Origin: Octopus bimaculoides
Lineage: Eukaryota
NCBI RefSeq assembly: GCF_001194135.2
Contig: NC_068982.1
Location: 70,171,244-70,235,243, forward strand
DNA length: 64,000 nucleotides
Direction of reading: 5' to 3'
Shown piece by piece: positions 24,690 through 36,924 of this stretch. The stretch's first letter is position 1, and each line of letters begins with the position of its first letter. A program made the position numbers and the translations under genes. The notes under the pieces were generated by a model. That model saw only the letters and a list, made by a program, of their open reading frames with translations. It ran no database searches and was not told where the DNA came from.

Positions 24690-24921
24690 GGCAGCGAGCT
24701 GGCAGAAACATTCGCGCGCTGGGCGAAATGCTTAGCGGTATTTCATCTGCCGTTACGTTCTGAGTTCAAATTCCGCCGAGGTCAACTTTGCCTTTCATCC
24801 TTTCGGGGTCGATAAATTAAGTACCAGTTACTCACTGGGGTCGATGTAATCGACTTATTCCCTTTGTCTGTCCTTGTTTGTCCCCTCTATGTTTAGCCCC
24901 TTGTGGGCAATAAAGAAATAG
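24690..24921 (+). mobile_element. Young tRNA-type SINE, family 2, inserted in a piggyBac-type MITE
   Basis: CpG-rich, with a B-box-like GAGTTCAAATTCC and a perfect 18-bp TSD gaaacagaaactatatat at 24669-24686 and 24922-24939. Confidence 0.9.
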
Positions 24922-26178
24922 GAAACAGAAACTATATATCAGGGAACCAAGTCAGAAACTTGGACAGGTTGATGATATCAAAAGAGTAAAGAGTGTTTTT
25001 AACTCTTTCTTTTTGTGTTAAAATGTCCATGTAAGTAACTGGAAGGTATTCATATAAGTTAAATTATTTCTGTTTGCAGCAGCTAATTGATTTCCAGCAG
25101 TTGATTAAATAAGAACTATTCGTGCAAACAACTTTAAATAACAACTAAAAGAACTAAGCTTGCATGGTATCAATCAAGGTATGTCCAAACACCAGTGGAC
25201 CTGTGACACACATGTCTAGAGACCAGTGCTCCTTTATGGCCTGTATGCCTTAGCTAAAAGAGCATTTTTAGGGTCACAGTGGAACTGGGTGCAATGCTGA
25301 TGAAAAGTTAACTTTAATCACCCTCAAAATTCCTGGATCACATTCAAGACTTTAAACTACAAAATCAAAACTTCACTGTAGTACTTTCATGTTGGTATGT
25401 TTTAGTTATTCTGGCCAATGCTTCCTGTTACAGGTTGCTACCAGGATGACCAAATAAACCAGTACAAACAAAAAAGTAACACTTTAAAAAAGATTTCTTC
25501 GTTCCTTATAAATTGATTGACTTATCTTACATGAGCTATAATGGACATCACACAAGTCAAAAATTTATTTTTCCAGAAATACAAATTTTGTGCAGACAAG
25601 TGCAATTTAGAAAAATTTTAGAAATTGAGTTCTTTTTAATTTTATACAAAATTCTACAAGAAACAATAATTCATTCTGAAATTTCAAAGGATTCAAGAAA
25701 AAGTCATAAACTTGAGATATTTTTCATATTAGCAATTCAGATTTAATGTTCTCAACTGAACTGTTACAACCTTCAAAGAAAACCAATATAATGTAACATT
25801 ATGAACAAAACATCTATAAAAGTGTATACTAAAATTACCAGTGAAAATAAAAAATATATTTTCTAGCAAACCACAATATGTTAAACATTACAAAAGACAA
25901 AAAGAGAGAGAGAGAGAAGCACACAAAGTGAATTATTACATTTCAGCTATTTAAAAAATATAAGAACAAGTATCTGTTTAAGAAAAAATTACAACAAAAA
26001 CATATTTATCCTACTTTTGAAATAAAATGAAATTTTCAACAAAAAGCCTACTAAACTGACTCATGCTACTATTTACAAAGAGATCTCAAGTTCAAGATTA
26101 AAAATTTCAAATGGTAGTAACATTTGAGAAAATTGTGACGCTTGTATAATATTTTCCGAAGTCTAATGATAACTTTAA

Positions 26179-26582
26179 TCCTTCTAATATTAACCCGCCT
26201 AAAGGCAGCAAGCTGGCAGAATTGTTAGCATACCAGATGAAATGCTTAATGGCATTTCATCCATCTTCATGTTCCGAGTTCAAATTCCACCAAGGCTGGG
26301 TTTGTCTTTCATCCTTTTGATAAAATAAGTACCAGGTGAACTGGGGAGGGGGAATGATGCAATTGACTTAACCCTCCCCCAAAATTGCTGGCCTTGTGCC
26401 AAAGTTTGAAATTAATATTAACCTGCCTGAAAGTGCCTCTGGTTCTATAATACAAATTTCTTATTTTAAAATTATCTAAATTAAAATCTTCCATCTTAAT
26501 AAGTTATTTTACGAAATTCTTCATTATTTTCAAAATTGAAACAAATTAAGTGTTTTTCAATAGAAATATGGTAACAAAAGGG
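26179..26582. mobile_element. piggyBac-type MITE (family A) with a nested SINE at about 26204-26412
   Basis: TTAA flanks at 26175-26178 and 26583-26586. The SINE is bracketed by a decayed TSD, taatattaacccgcctaaa / taatattaacctgcctgaa. Confidence 0.75.
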
Positions 26583-27702
26583 TTAAAGAAATTATCAGTC
26601 TTAAACAGTAAGAAACAAAATAAATATAAATATGAATCTTAAAGAAATAAATATATAACAAAAATATCTAAATAACTAAGAAATATTCATTTATATTTAA
26701 CATTTTGAATACTTATAGCCTAAAGGTCAGAGCTTCAATAACCAATTAACATTTTCAATTCATTAACTCTCCACATGTTGATATTTCTGTTTGGCAAACT
26801 CTAGGTGACTAACGAAAGGGAGAAAGTTATGACTGACAACTAAATACAAACAAAAATCTCTACTGATAAGGCAGTGATTATAAAAATCATAAAACAGATG
26901 AAACAAAAATTATGATTTTGAAGAGAAATGTGAAATGTCTTAAGCAGAAGACAGGTAAACACAGTAAATAAAAGTATTTTCAAGTAGCAATGATTATTTA
27001 AAAGTTTCATATGTTTTTCTTTGGTTCATGGAAACATATATCTTAGATGAAACATCATCATCATCTATTAATGTTTATCTGCTAAGCTGGTATGAGATGA
27101 ATGGTTTGGCAAGGTCCAATGGGCTTCAGGACTATGTGTAATGCTCTAACATTTGCTTTGGCATGGTTTCTATAGTTGGATGTTTATCCTAAAACTCTTT
27201 GTTTTCCTTGAGCCCTAGTACTCATAAGATCAGTTACCCAGATTCTGTGGTGTATGAATGACCAAAATCAAAACATTCACTCCAAATATTACACTGGTCC
27301 ACTGCAGGGTCCAAGGTGAGCAATTTTGATGGCAGGGGACAAGTTGATTGCATCAACCGCACTACTTGACTGGTACTTTATTTTATCAACCCCTGAGAGA
27401 TGAAAGAAAGTCCACCTCAAGAATTTTAACTAAGAAGGAAAAGAGCCAGAAGAAATGCTAAGCATTTTGCTCAGCGTGCTAATGATTCTGTCAGTTTGCC
27501 ATTTTCTTCTTATCATTGGTGTATAGTTGTGTGTGCACAAACACATACATATATGTGTGTGTGTGTATATATATATGTGTATGTGTATATACATGCATGT
27601 GTATGTGTGTATGTATGTATATATGTGTGTGTGTGGGTATGTATATATGTGTGTGTGTATGTATATGTATGTGTGTGTGTGTATATGTATGTGTATATGT
27701 AC

Positions 27703-27744
<42 letters not shown>

Positions 27745-28685
27745 ATCATCATTTTTGTTTAACATCCGCTTTCCATGCTGGCATGGGTTGGACGGTTTGA
27801 CTGAGGACTGGTGAGCCGGATGGCTGCACCAGGCTCCAATCAGATTTGGCAGAGTTTCTACAGCTGGATGCTCTTCCTAACGCCAACCATTCCGAGAGTG
27901 TAGTGGGTGCTTTTACGTGCCACCGGCATGAGGGCCAGTCAGGCGGTACTGGCAACGGCCACGCTCAAATGGCGTCTTTACATGTCACCTGCACAAAAGC
28001 CAGTCCAGCGGCACTGGCAACAATCTCATTTGAATGTTGTTTTCCACATACCAACGGCACAAGTGCCAGTAAGGCAATGCTGGTAGTGATCACACTCGAA
28101 TGGTGCTTTTTACATGCCACCGGCAAGGGGGCCAGTCAGCGGCCCTGGCAATGATCATGGTCGGATGGTGCTCTTAGCGCTCCACTAGTACGGATGTCAG
28201 TCATGCGGTGCTGTCATCGAATTTGATTCCAATTTCACTTGCCTCAAAAGGTCTTCACAAGCAGAGTTTAGTGTCCAATGAAAGAAAGGTACATGTAAGT
28301 GGGCTGGTTACACCACTGGCATAGGCCACAGGTTATGGTCTCACTTGGCTTGCCAAGTCTTCTCAAGCACAGCATATTTCCAAAGGTCTCGGTCACTAGT
28401 CATTGCCTCGGTGAGGTCTAATGTTCAAAGGTCGTGCTTCACCACCTCATCCCAGGTCTTCCTGGGTCTACCTCTTCCACAGTTTCCCTCAACTGCTAGG
28501 GTGTGATACTTTTTCACACAGCTATTTTCATCCATTCGTACCACATGACCATACCAGTGCAGTCGTTTCTCTTGCATAGCACATCTGATGCTTCTTTTCT
28601 CTCAAGGCACTTATACTCAGTCGAGTATGCACACTAACATTACACATCCAGCGAAACATACTGGCTTCGTTCCTTGCAAGCTTAG
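27745..28685 (-). mobile_element. 5'-truncated RTE-clade LINE (ORF2 C-terminus, 3' UTR and (GAT)n-type tail)
   Basis: The minus strand encodes ...QEKRLHWYGHVVRMDENSCVKKYHTLAVEGNCGRGRPRKTWDEVVKHDL*TLDLTEAMTSDRDLWKYAVLEKTWQAK* (stop at 28341), with one in-frame stop and an upstream frameshift. A second, more decayed copy of part of it lies at about 28705-28795. Confidence 0.85.
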
Positions 28686-28814
28686 AGACCATAATTAGAG
28701 ACCAGCACTTCTTCACACAGTTGTCCTCATCCATATGCAACACATGACCATACCAGCAAGGTCATCTCTCTTGCACACCACATCTGATGCCTCTTATGTC
28801 AACATTTCTGTCAA

Positions 28815-28877
<63 letters not shown>

Positions 28878-30885
28878 CTGCCTTTGGCACAATTTCTATC
28901 TCCCAAATTTCATCCATAAGGCTTTCATCAACCCAAGGTTATAGTAAAAGTTACTTGCCAAAGGAGTTATACATTAGAATTGAAACAATTTGAATGCAAA
29001 GCAAACTTCTTAACCATATCACCGTGTCTGCATCCATGAGACAAAAACAGAATAAGATATAGGGGATACCAGGGACCTTGGGTACCTTTAACCATTTAGC
29101 ATTTAAACCAGCCATATAGAGCCCAGATATTCTACCTGTTTTATGTTCAAACTGACCATATCCTACCTCTCATACCTACCCTACAATGTCATTCTAAAAA
29201 CAAACATCATCAAAATCTCAAAACAAGATAATGCATACTTAATTCAATACAATTTGATTAAATAAGCATTACAATGTAATCAGAATGCTAAAGGGTCCAC
29301 TCTGTTGCAGGCATTCGGGCCAGGTCTCCCACATGAGAAAACTTCCCTCTCTCCCTTCTTCCCACCAATCTCAGAGGCTCTGCAGAAAAAAAAATCTGAG
29401 GTAATGCCTGTTCTAACTAAGAAATAGAAAAAAAAACCTGACAAATAACACTTTGCCACTGACATAACTTGCTAAACTTAAGCTTTACAGCAAATTGATG
29501 TAGAGGTTATCAGTGAAAACTATGGTAAATACAATCATATAATATTATCAGCAAAAGACGACAAAAAATTCAATATCAACCAAATATGCTTGAGATTAGC
29601 AAACAAGAGGGAACTCAGAAAGAAAGATAGTTGCCAAGAAATCATCAGGTGAAATCAAGATAAATAAAGAATTATTTCCAAGCAAATTTGTTGTTCACAA
29701 AACATTAAAGAGAAAGAAAGCAAGTAAGAAGAATGTACTTTCAAATGAGAATACAAGATTAGAAAAGTAGGCGGGTGTAAGTTTTGCTCTCTGAATAACT
29801 CAGGATATACTGTGGCCTAGTTTCTCTTCACTGCTTTTAATTTTTCTGTTTTAATACAAGAAACACAAACAAATGAAAGCTGAACTATATTTCTCATATC
29901 TAAGTGGTGAGGAGATAGAGTCAAGTTTTCTAAAGGTTTAATAAATAAATACAGGAGGGATTTTATTGCAGAAACAAATCTTAAAAACAACTTATGCTAG
30001 ATCTTTATAAACAATTTTATCAAATGGGTTAGAAAACTATACAAAGCTTTCTCACATGTATATGAGCTCTAAAGGTTAATAGAGAGATCAGAAATGTGAA
30101 TGCCTTTACTATTTTTATTATATTTGTGATAAAAGAATGAAATACAAAGGAAAAAAAAATGTTTCTGTAATGAAAAGACTCATTTAACAACTAGACACAA
30201 TGTAGTTTCCCATGTCTGTTATTTATCACTGATTGAATTGCTTTACCAAAACAATAAAACCTCAGGTCTGAAAATCTGCTATAGTGAGCACAACTCCTCA
30301 ACACAACAATATCATTATTATTGTTTTTTTTTCTTCCAATTATAGACCTATTTTACATCTATCCTTCATAAATAAATTGATAGAAAAGAGTAATTTGGAC
30401 ACTGTTTTGTAAACACAGTCTGTTTATAATCTCATGCTAAATAAGCTATTTGACTGAAAGAAGTATCAGAATATTAAAGCCCTATTCTGAAACTCATTAA
30501 TAACTTAAGTGGTTACTGTTAACAACATAGAATAATTGTTTAATTGATTGATCTTTTCTGCTACTTGTGAGACAGTTATGTGTATTCTATTTGATATTTC
30601 TCCATGGGGATTTTAGTGTCTGCACTATGTCTTAAAATATTTTCTGTCTTCACTCCTTTTATATTTCGAGCAATGTGAATTTATCATCATCATTTCATGT
30701 CCACCTTTCTATGCTTGCATGGGTCACATGGTACTTGCTGAGACAGTTTTTTACAGTCACATGCCCTTCCTGTCACCAACCCTCATCTATTTCCAAGCAA
30801 GGTAATATTTCCCCCATGGCTAGACCATATTCCCACAGAAGATTGGAAATGAATAACATCACCTGTAGGACAGTGATGCTCATTT

Positions 30886-30931
<46 letters not shown>

Positions 30932-33900
30932 GGTTTCTTCAGTTTCAGTCCACAAAATCCATTTGCAAGGCTTTGGTCAGCCTGAGGATATAGAAGATGC
31001 TTGCCCAAGGGGTTGTACAGTGGGACTGAACCAGAGACCACATAGTTGGGAAGCAAGCTTCTTACAAACAAAGACACACCTGTTTTATTTATTATTTACT
31101 TCTTATTGACATTGCTTCTCTCATTATTTCTAACCTTGTTGATATTAAAGCTTCATTTACCTCCACATCTGATTTTCAAACTTCAGATACATTAATGAGG
31201 TTTTCTTCAGTTTCTTCCCTCCAAAACTGAAATACACCCCCCTGCTCTAATCTGCACCTGCCCTGTGCTTTAGATGCAATATATTGACCATATGCTACTC
31301 TAGAATTTGTATTCCTTTATTTTAAGAAACAATCACATCAGTTACTGCTCATTAATACATATTAAACTCTGATTCATTGTGTCTTTATAGAACAATTGTC
31401 TAGCTTTTGCAATTTTAAGCATCAGCCATATCTTTTATTCATACAAACACTGCAGGTTACCACAGTGAATATGAAATTGAGCTTAATATTTTCAGAATAT
31501 AAATGAGACTTTGGAGTTTTGAGGGAAAATTATAATTTCGTTTCTCACCCAGCGCCCCAAAACAAAAAAAAAAAAAATTCACACCATAAAGAACAGAGAT
31601 AATTTTTATTTCAATGATGTTAATTTTGTGACATGAGAAGGGACCATACCTACAATGAAATACATTGTCGTTGCATTTTGGTTGATTTTGAAAGTAATTA
31701 TTTCTACTAATTAAATAAAATTAATTTTTTGTTATCAATATGAAATTTGAAATATAGCAATACTATGCTTTTATACAAAATTATAATGGAAGTTTCTTGA
31801 TTTAAACACTTTAAAACAGCAAGTTTTATATGAGAATCAAAGAAAGTCTGTGGCAGATTGGTACTGTAAGGCTTAACTATGCAATACTAATGACAAACAT
31901 TTCACGGTGGTGCAGCAGCATGACCGCAGCCACTTGGCTGAAACACATAAATAAATAAAATAAATAAATAAAAAGCTAAGCTTTCATGAAACTGAAATTC
32001 CATCAGTTCCAAATGTCCACTCGTTTCTTCTGCTTCATACTCATTGTAGTACCACATAAAAAGCACTGGTGATGATGCTACATATAAAGCCACCCAGTGC
32101 ACTCTGTAAAGTGACTGGTGTTATGAAGTACATCCAGTTGTAGAAACCAAACCAAAACAGATGATGGGACCTGGTGTGGCCCCTGGCCTTACCAGCTCCT
32201 GTCAAGCCGTCCAACCCATGTCAACACAGAAAACATATGTTAAATGACGATGGTCATCATCCTCTCTCTCTCTCTCTCTCTCATTTTTTTAACATCCACT
32301 TTTTCATGCTTGCATGTATCTAGTACAATTTGTAGGCAGAATGCTGGAAATAAATGGCACTTGTTTACAACCATCACGTGATGTCACTCACATATGCATA
32401 TAAAACATACATATGCTTCTTTCAATTTCCATTATCAAATCCACTTACAAGACTTTGGTCAACCCAGAATAGAAGACATCAGATCAAGATGCTACTCAAT
32501 AGGATTCAGTAGGACAAACTGAAACCATGATTGCAAACCATGCTTCTTAATCACACAACTATGCCTGTCTACTATATATATATCATCACCATTGTTGTTT
32601 AATGTCCACTTTCCATGCTGGCATGGGTTGGACAGTTTGACTGAGGCCTGACAAGCCAGGAGGCTACACCAGGCTCCAATCTGATTTGGCAAGGTTTCTA
32701 CAGCTGGATACCCTTCCTAACACCAATAACTCTAAGAGTGTAATATACTAATAACTATACATGATATATATCATATGATTATATATTAATAATTATATAA
32801 TTTCTACATCCACTGCTTGTGTTGATGACTTGTATATAAAGTAGTGAACATTAGCCAGTCAGGCAAAATGTTTAGCAGTCTTTCATCTGTCTTTATGTTC
32901 TAAGTTCAAATTCCACTAACGTCAACTTTGCCTTTTATCCTTTCAGGGTCAATAAAATAAGTACTAGTCAAGCACTGGGGCTGATGTAATTGACTAACCC
33001 CTCCGCCAAAATGTCAGGCTATGTGCCTATAGTAGAAGGGAATGATTATACAAAAATGACATGAAAAATATTCTTGTATTCCTGAGCTGGTTTTTACCAA
33101 ACAGGTTGTGGCCTTGATGAGATATTATTCTTAAAAACATTTGTTAATGTAAAGTAACAGGAGCAAATTTAGTCAATCAAAATTCCCACCAACCACAAAT
33201 AAAGTTAATGGTATTGTACAAATGAAATAAGATTCATTTATTTAATAACTTCCCGATTAATTAAAAATAGGTGAAATGAGTGACTAAGATGAAATTATAT
33301 GCTTAATCCAAAGACTTTTACACATTAGCAAATTTCAAACAGATAAAAGCAAATGGCTAAATAAAAGTTCAAATATTATTATCATTTTAAACTAGAGTAA
33401 AGTGTTGTCATCATTTAAGGTCCACTTTTCTAGGCCTGCATAGGTAAGATGGAATTTGTTGAGATAGATTTTCTACAAACAGATACCCTTCCTCTCAATC
33501 ACTCTCACCTGTTTCCAGATTGATGATGAAATAATAAAATACAAAAAACACAAAAATATCCCCTGAAAACAATTTTCATTCCCCAAAATCAGAAAATGGT
33601 GGATGCTACATCAATAGCTATGAAATCTAGTAAAATAGCTATAAAGATTAGTAACACAGACAAGGAAAAGAAAAATGATGGGAAGTAATTTAAAACTACA
33701 AAATAAACAGTTGCACATGTTTAGACAGAGGAAACAGTGTGGTCTTAAGTCAAAATATTGTAGCTAAATTTAATTAAAATTGAATTGATATTAATTAGTG
33801 ATGATAGGTAAACAGATGAAGCCATGACTGAAAATTGATCTTTTATAAGATGAGAACTATATTGAATTACATTTGTAAACCATAAAAAATACATAACTTA

Positions 33901-34189
33901 TCAGTATTATTGCTGGGTACGCATGTCAGTGCCTTTTAAGACCAATGCTGTGCTGCTGGTTTATACATACTCAGTATGCATTAAATGAAGTTTTCTTAAT
34001 ATTACCATCATCATTTAATGTCTGTTTTCCATACTGGTGTTCCATACTGTTTTCCATACTGTGTTGAGGTTTAATATCAGCTTTGGCATGGTTTCTACAG
34101 CTGGACACCCTTCCTAACACCAACCACTTCACAGTGCATATTGGGTGCATTTTTCATGCCACAAGTAAAACAGGAAAGAAAAAGGTCCC

Positions 34190-34605
34190 CTGCAGTCCCT
34201 GAATGGGTCAAAACCAATAGAACTGAGGCCATCATCCTCGAACATCACCTTGAACAGGCAGGTCATGTCCACTGCATAAGCACCACCAGATTGCCGTGTC
34301 AAAACCTCTACAGCAAACTCAGTGCTAGCAAGCGATTACATGGCTACCACAACTGAAATGAACAATGAAGAGCACCAGCATGGACCCTAAATTTTGGGAG
34401 CAACACACAGAAGACAGAACAATGTGGCATCATGTCAAAATAAGTGTAGAACATTTTGAAGAATATTGTCAAGTAATGAAAACAACAAATGGATTCAACA
34501 AAAGACCCACCAATTCTAACCAAAGCCTCTACCAACCATCAGATGTGACTTCTGTGGACAATTGTTTCACACAAAAATTTGCCTTGCTAACCATTGTGTG
34601 AATAT
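34190..34605 (+). mobile_element. RTE/BovB-like LINE ORF2 C-terminal relic
   Basis: Across frameshifts it reads EAIILEHHLEQAGHVHCISTTRLPCQNLYSKLSASKR...MDPKFWEQHTEDRTMWHHVKISVEHFEE...RCDFCGQLFHTKICLANH. These are the RWAGHV/RLP.Q.LY.EL motifs and the terminal CxxC...H knuckle typical of RTE-BovB-like ORF2. Confidence 0.7.
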
Positions 34606-36456
34606 GTCCATGCCTGGAAACTAATAGGAAGGGCATCCAGCCATAGACAATTTGCTTCAATAAACTCTATCCAACCCATGCAAGCAAGGAAAAGTGGACA
34701 ATAAATGACAGTGATGTTATGTGTGCATTGTAAATGTAAAATCATGGCTCATGTACTTTGTAGTGTAATATTTTTGGTTCAAATTATTACAAAATCAGAT
34801 TTTTTTTTTAAATTCTTTTTTTACAATACAAAGATTTGAGGCTTTAGATATATTTACAGGTGATGGAGATATACAAAATGATGACATCCATATTTTTACC
34901 ATGAGCATAAACATCAAAAGTGAAGTAGTTTAACTTTCAGAATGAAAACCAGGTTATAGGTTTAGTATGCCAAAAACTCAAATATATTTATGAAAATGGT
35001 AGTAAAAGTACGATATGCTATTACAAAGTTCAGCAAAATATTTTCCTCTTTGACCTTTAGATGTTTGTAACTATATTTATACACTTAATATATTAATGGC
35101 AAAAGGTTAGCATTACATAACCAAAAATTCATACAATACACCAAGAAATTGAATCCGACATCAGTATTTTTTTTTTTTAATTACGAGTTAACATGAAGCT
35201 TTTTTGGATAAGAGATTAAACAATTTTCTCTAATATTTGAAGCCATTGAGAAGAGAAACAAATTTTAAATAGTAATAATAATAAAACCAGTCTAACATCT
35301 CATGTTTTTCCATTGGAATAACACCAACAAATAAAGGCTAATAAAGAAATTAGTTCTGATTGTTTAAATTGGTCAAAATAAATCCTGCTATTTCATTCAT
35401 TCCTTTCAATCATTTTCTCTTTCTTTCTTTTCAGTGGTTGAATTAAAAACCAATGCAACAATTCATATTGAAATTTCTCTTGTTAAACTACCATCATATG
35501 AGAGCTCATTTCCACTGGGTCTATTGTGAAATTTTTAAATAGATAGAAAAGAAAGAGAGAGAAAAAAAAAAGGAAAAAATACCATCAGGCTAATAATTTG
35601 TCTTTAAATGAGCAACAGTGATATGTTCGGTGGTGGGTCTATATAGCAGCTGCTATTTAATTATTAGATTAAACTGACCTCCATTTTCAAGGACAGAAAA
35701 GCAATTTTAATTATGACATTATTTCAAAAGCTTACCTCTCACAGTTAAGATGGGGGGGGGGGGGCTTAGTAGATTTAGTGAGACAGAGAAGGAAGAGATC
35801 TTACATTACAAATTTCGGAATATATTGAGAAATGGTGGTGGTGTTTCAAAATAAACATCAACACTTACAGATTAATACATTTACTAATTTACAAAAGGAC
35901 TGCAGCATGTTGAATGAAATTATGATTTTTCAAAGACCTTGCCTACATCATGCAAAGATATATCGAAAATTAATATAAATTATATTGAATGTAATATAAT
36001 ATAGAAGAGTGAAATACATTTATCTTCTTTGCACTTATTCTTAATAAGATATATTTCCACAAAGATAGTCATATAAATTTGGTGGAATTAATTGGCTGTG
36101 CAATCTCTGTGCCATGGATGGGTGGGGGTGCAGGGTAGAGCGTTTTGATTTAGAATCCAGTACAATACCTACAGCAAGATAAGAATTCATGACCTACAAG
36201 CCTAAAGTACAGTAACTTTATCTATTGTCCAGAGTTAGAGAATAAAGAGACTTTAAATAAATCAAAGGAATTGTTGATGAATGAGACAATATGGTAAGAA
36301 TCTACAAACAAAAAAAAAACATCAACGCTTCATATACTGTCATCAGTGCCCTGTGTTATCAGTGCTGCGTGTGTTCATGGCCAAAACATTTATTCTTTGC
36401 CAGTTCATTCTATCTTGGCAAGTCAATATGGGGGTACTCATTGATAGCACCATTCT

Positions 36457-36688
36457 TATTTCTTTATTGCCCACAAAGGGCTAAACATAGAGGGAACAAA
36501 CAAGGACAGACGAACGGATTAAATTGATTACATCGACCCCAGTGCACAACTGGTACTTAATTTATCGACCCCGAAAGGATGAAAGGCAAAGTCAACCTCG
36601 GCGGAATTTGAACTCAGAACGTAACGCCAGACGAAATACCGCTAAGCATTTCGCCCGGCGTGCTAATGATTCTGCCAGCTCGCCGCCT
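36457..36688 (-). mobile_element. Young tRNA-type SINE, family 2
   Basis: A reverse-complement near-copy of 24690-24921 with a perfect 16-bp TSD ttgatagcaccattct at 36441-36456 and 36689-36704. Older family-2 copies lie near 12660, 27330, 32860, 47470, 50130, 53565 and 53820. Confidence 0.9.
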
Positions 36689-36720
36689 TTGATAGCACCA
36701 TTCTGGTTAGGAAATGTTAA

Positions 36721-36924
36721 CCCTTTTGTTATAGTTCTGTTGAAATAGACAGCCTTTGTTTCAATTGATTTTGAAAATAATGAAGAATTTATAAAATAAC
36801 TCTCACTATTAAACTAGTGTTTGGAACATTAAATTAACATGAAACTTTAGTGGAAGGATTTAATTTAAAGCTCTTTAAAGAGGAAGACTAACATAGAACT
36901 AGGAGTGGACTGGTGTCAAAAGAG
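36721..36924. mobile_element. piggyBac-type MITE, family A
   Basis: TTAA|CCCTTTTG...CAAAAGAG|TTAA. The internal sequence is the reverse orientation of 15930-16151. Confidence 0.8.

Noticed and set aside
27491-27814. Cluster of YI/HT/VC-rich ORFs, and similar ORFs across the window
   Set aside because: These are translations of (TA)n, (CA)n and (GA)n microsatellites.
29296-29390. GC-richer island with a good minus-strand acceptor (ttttttttctgcag)
   Set aside because: No convincing donor and no recognisable protein similarity.
35700-35870. Donor-like GAG|GTAAGC and CT|GTAAGT sites near a G13 run
   Set aside because: No matching acceptor or promoter evidence; such hexamers are expected by chance.
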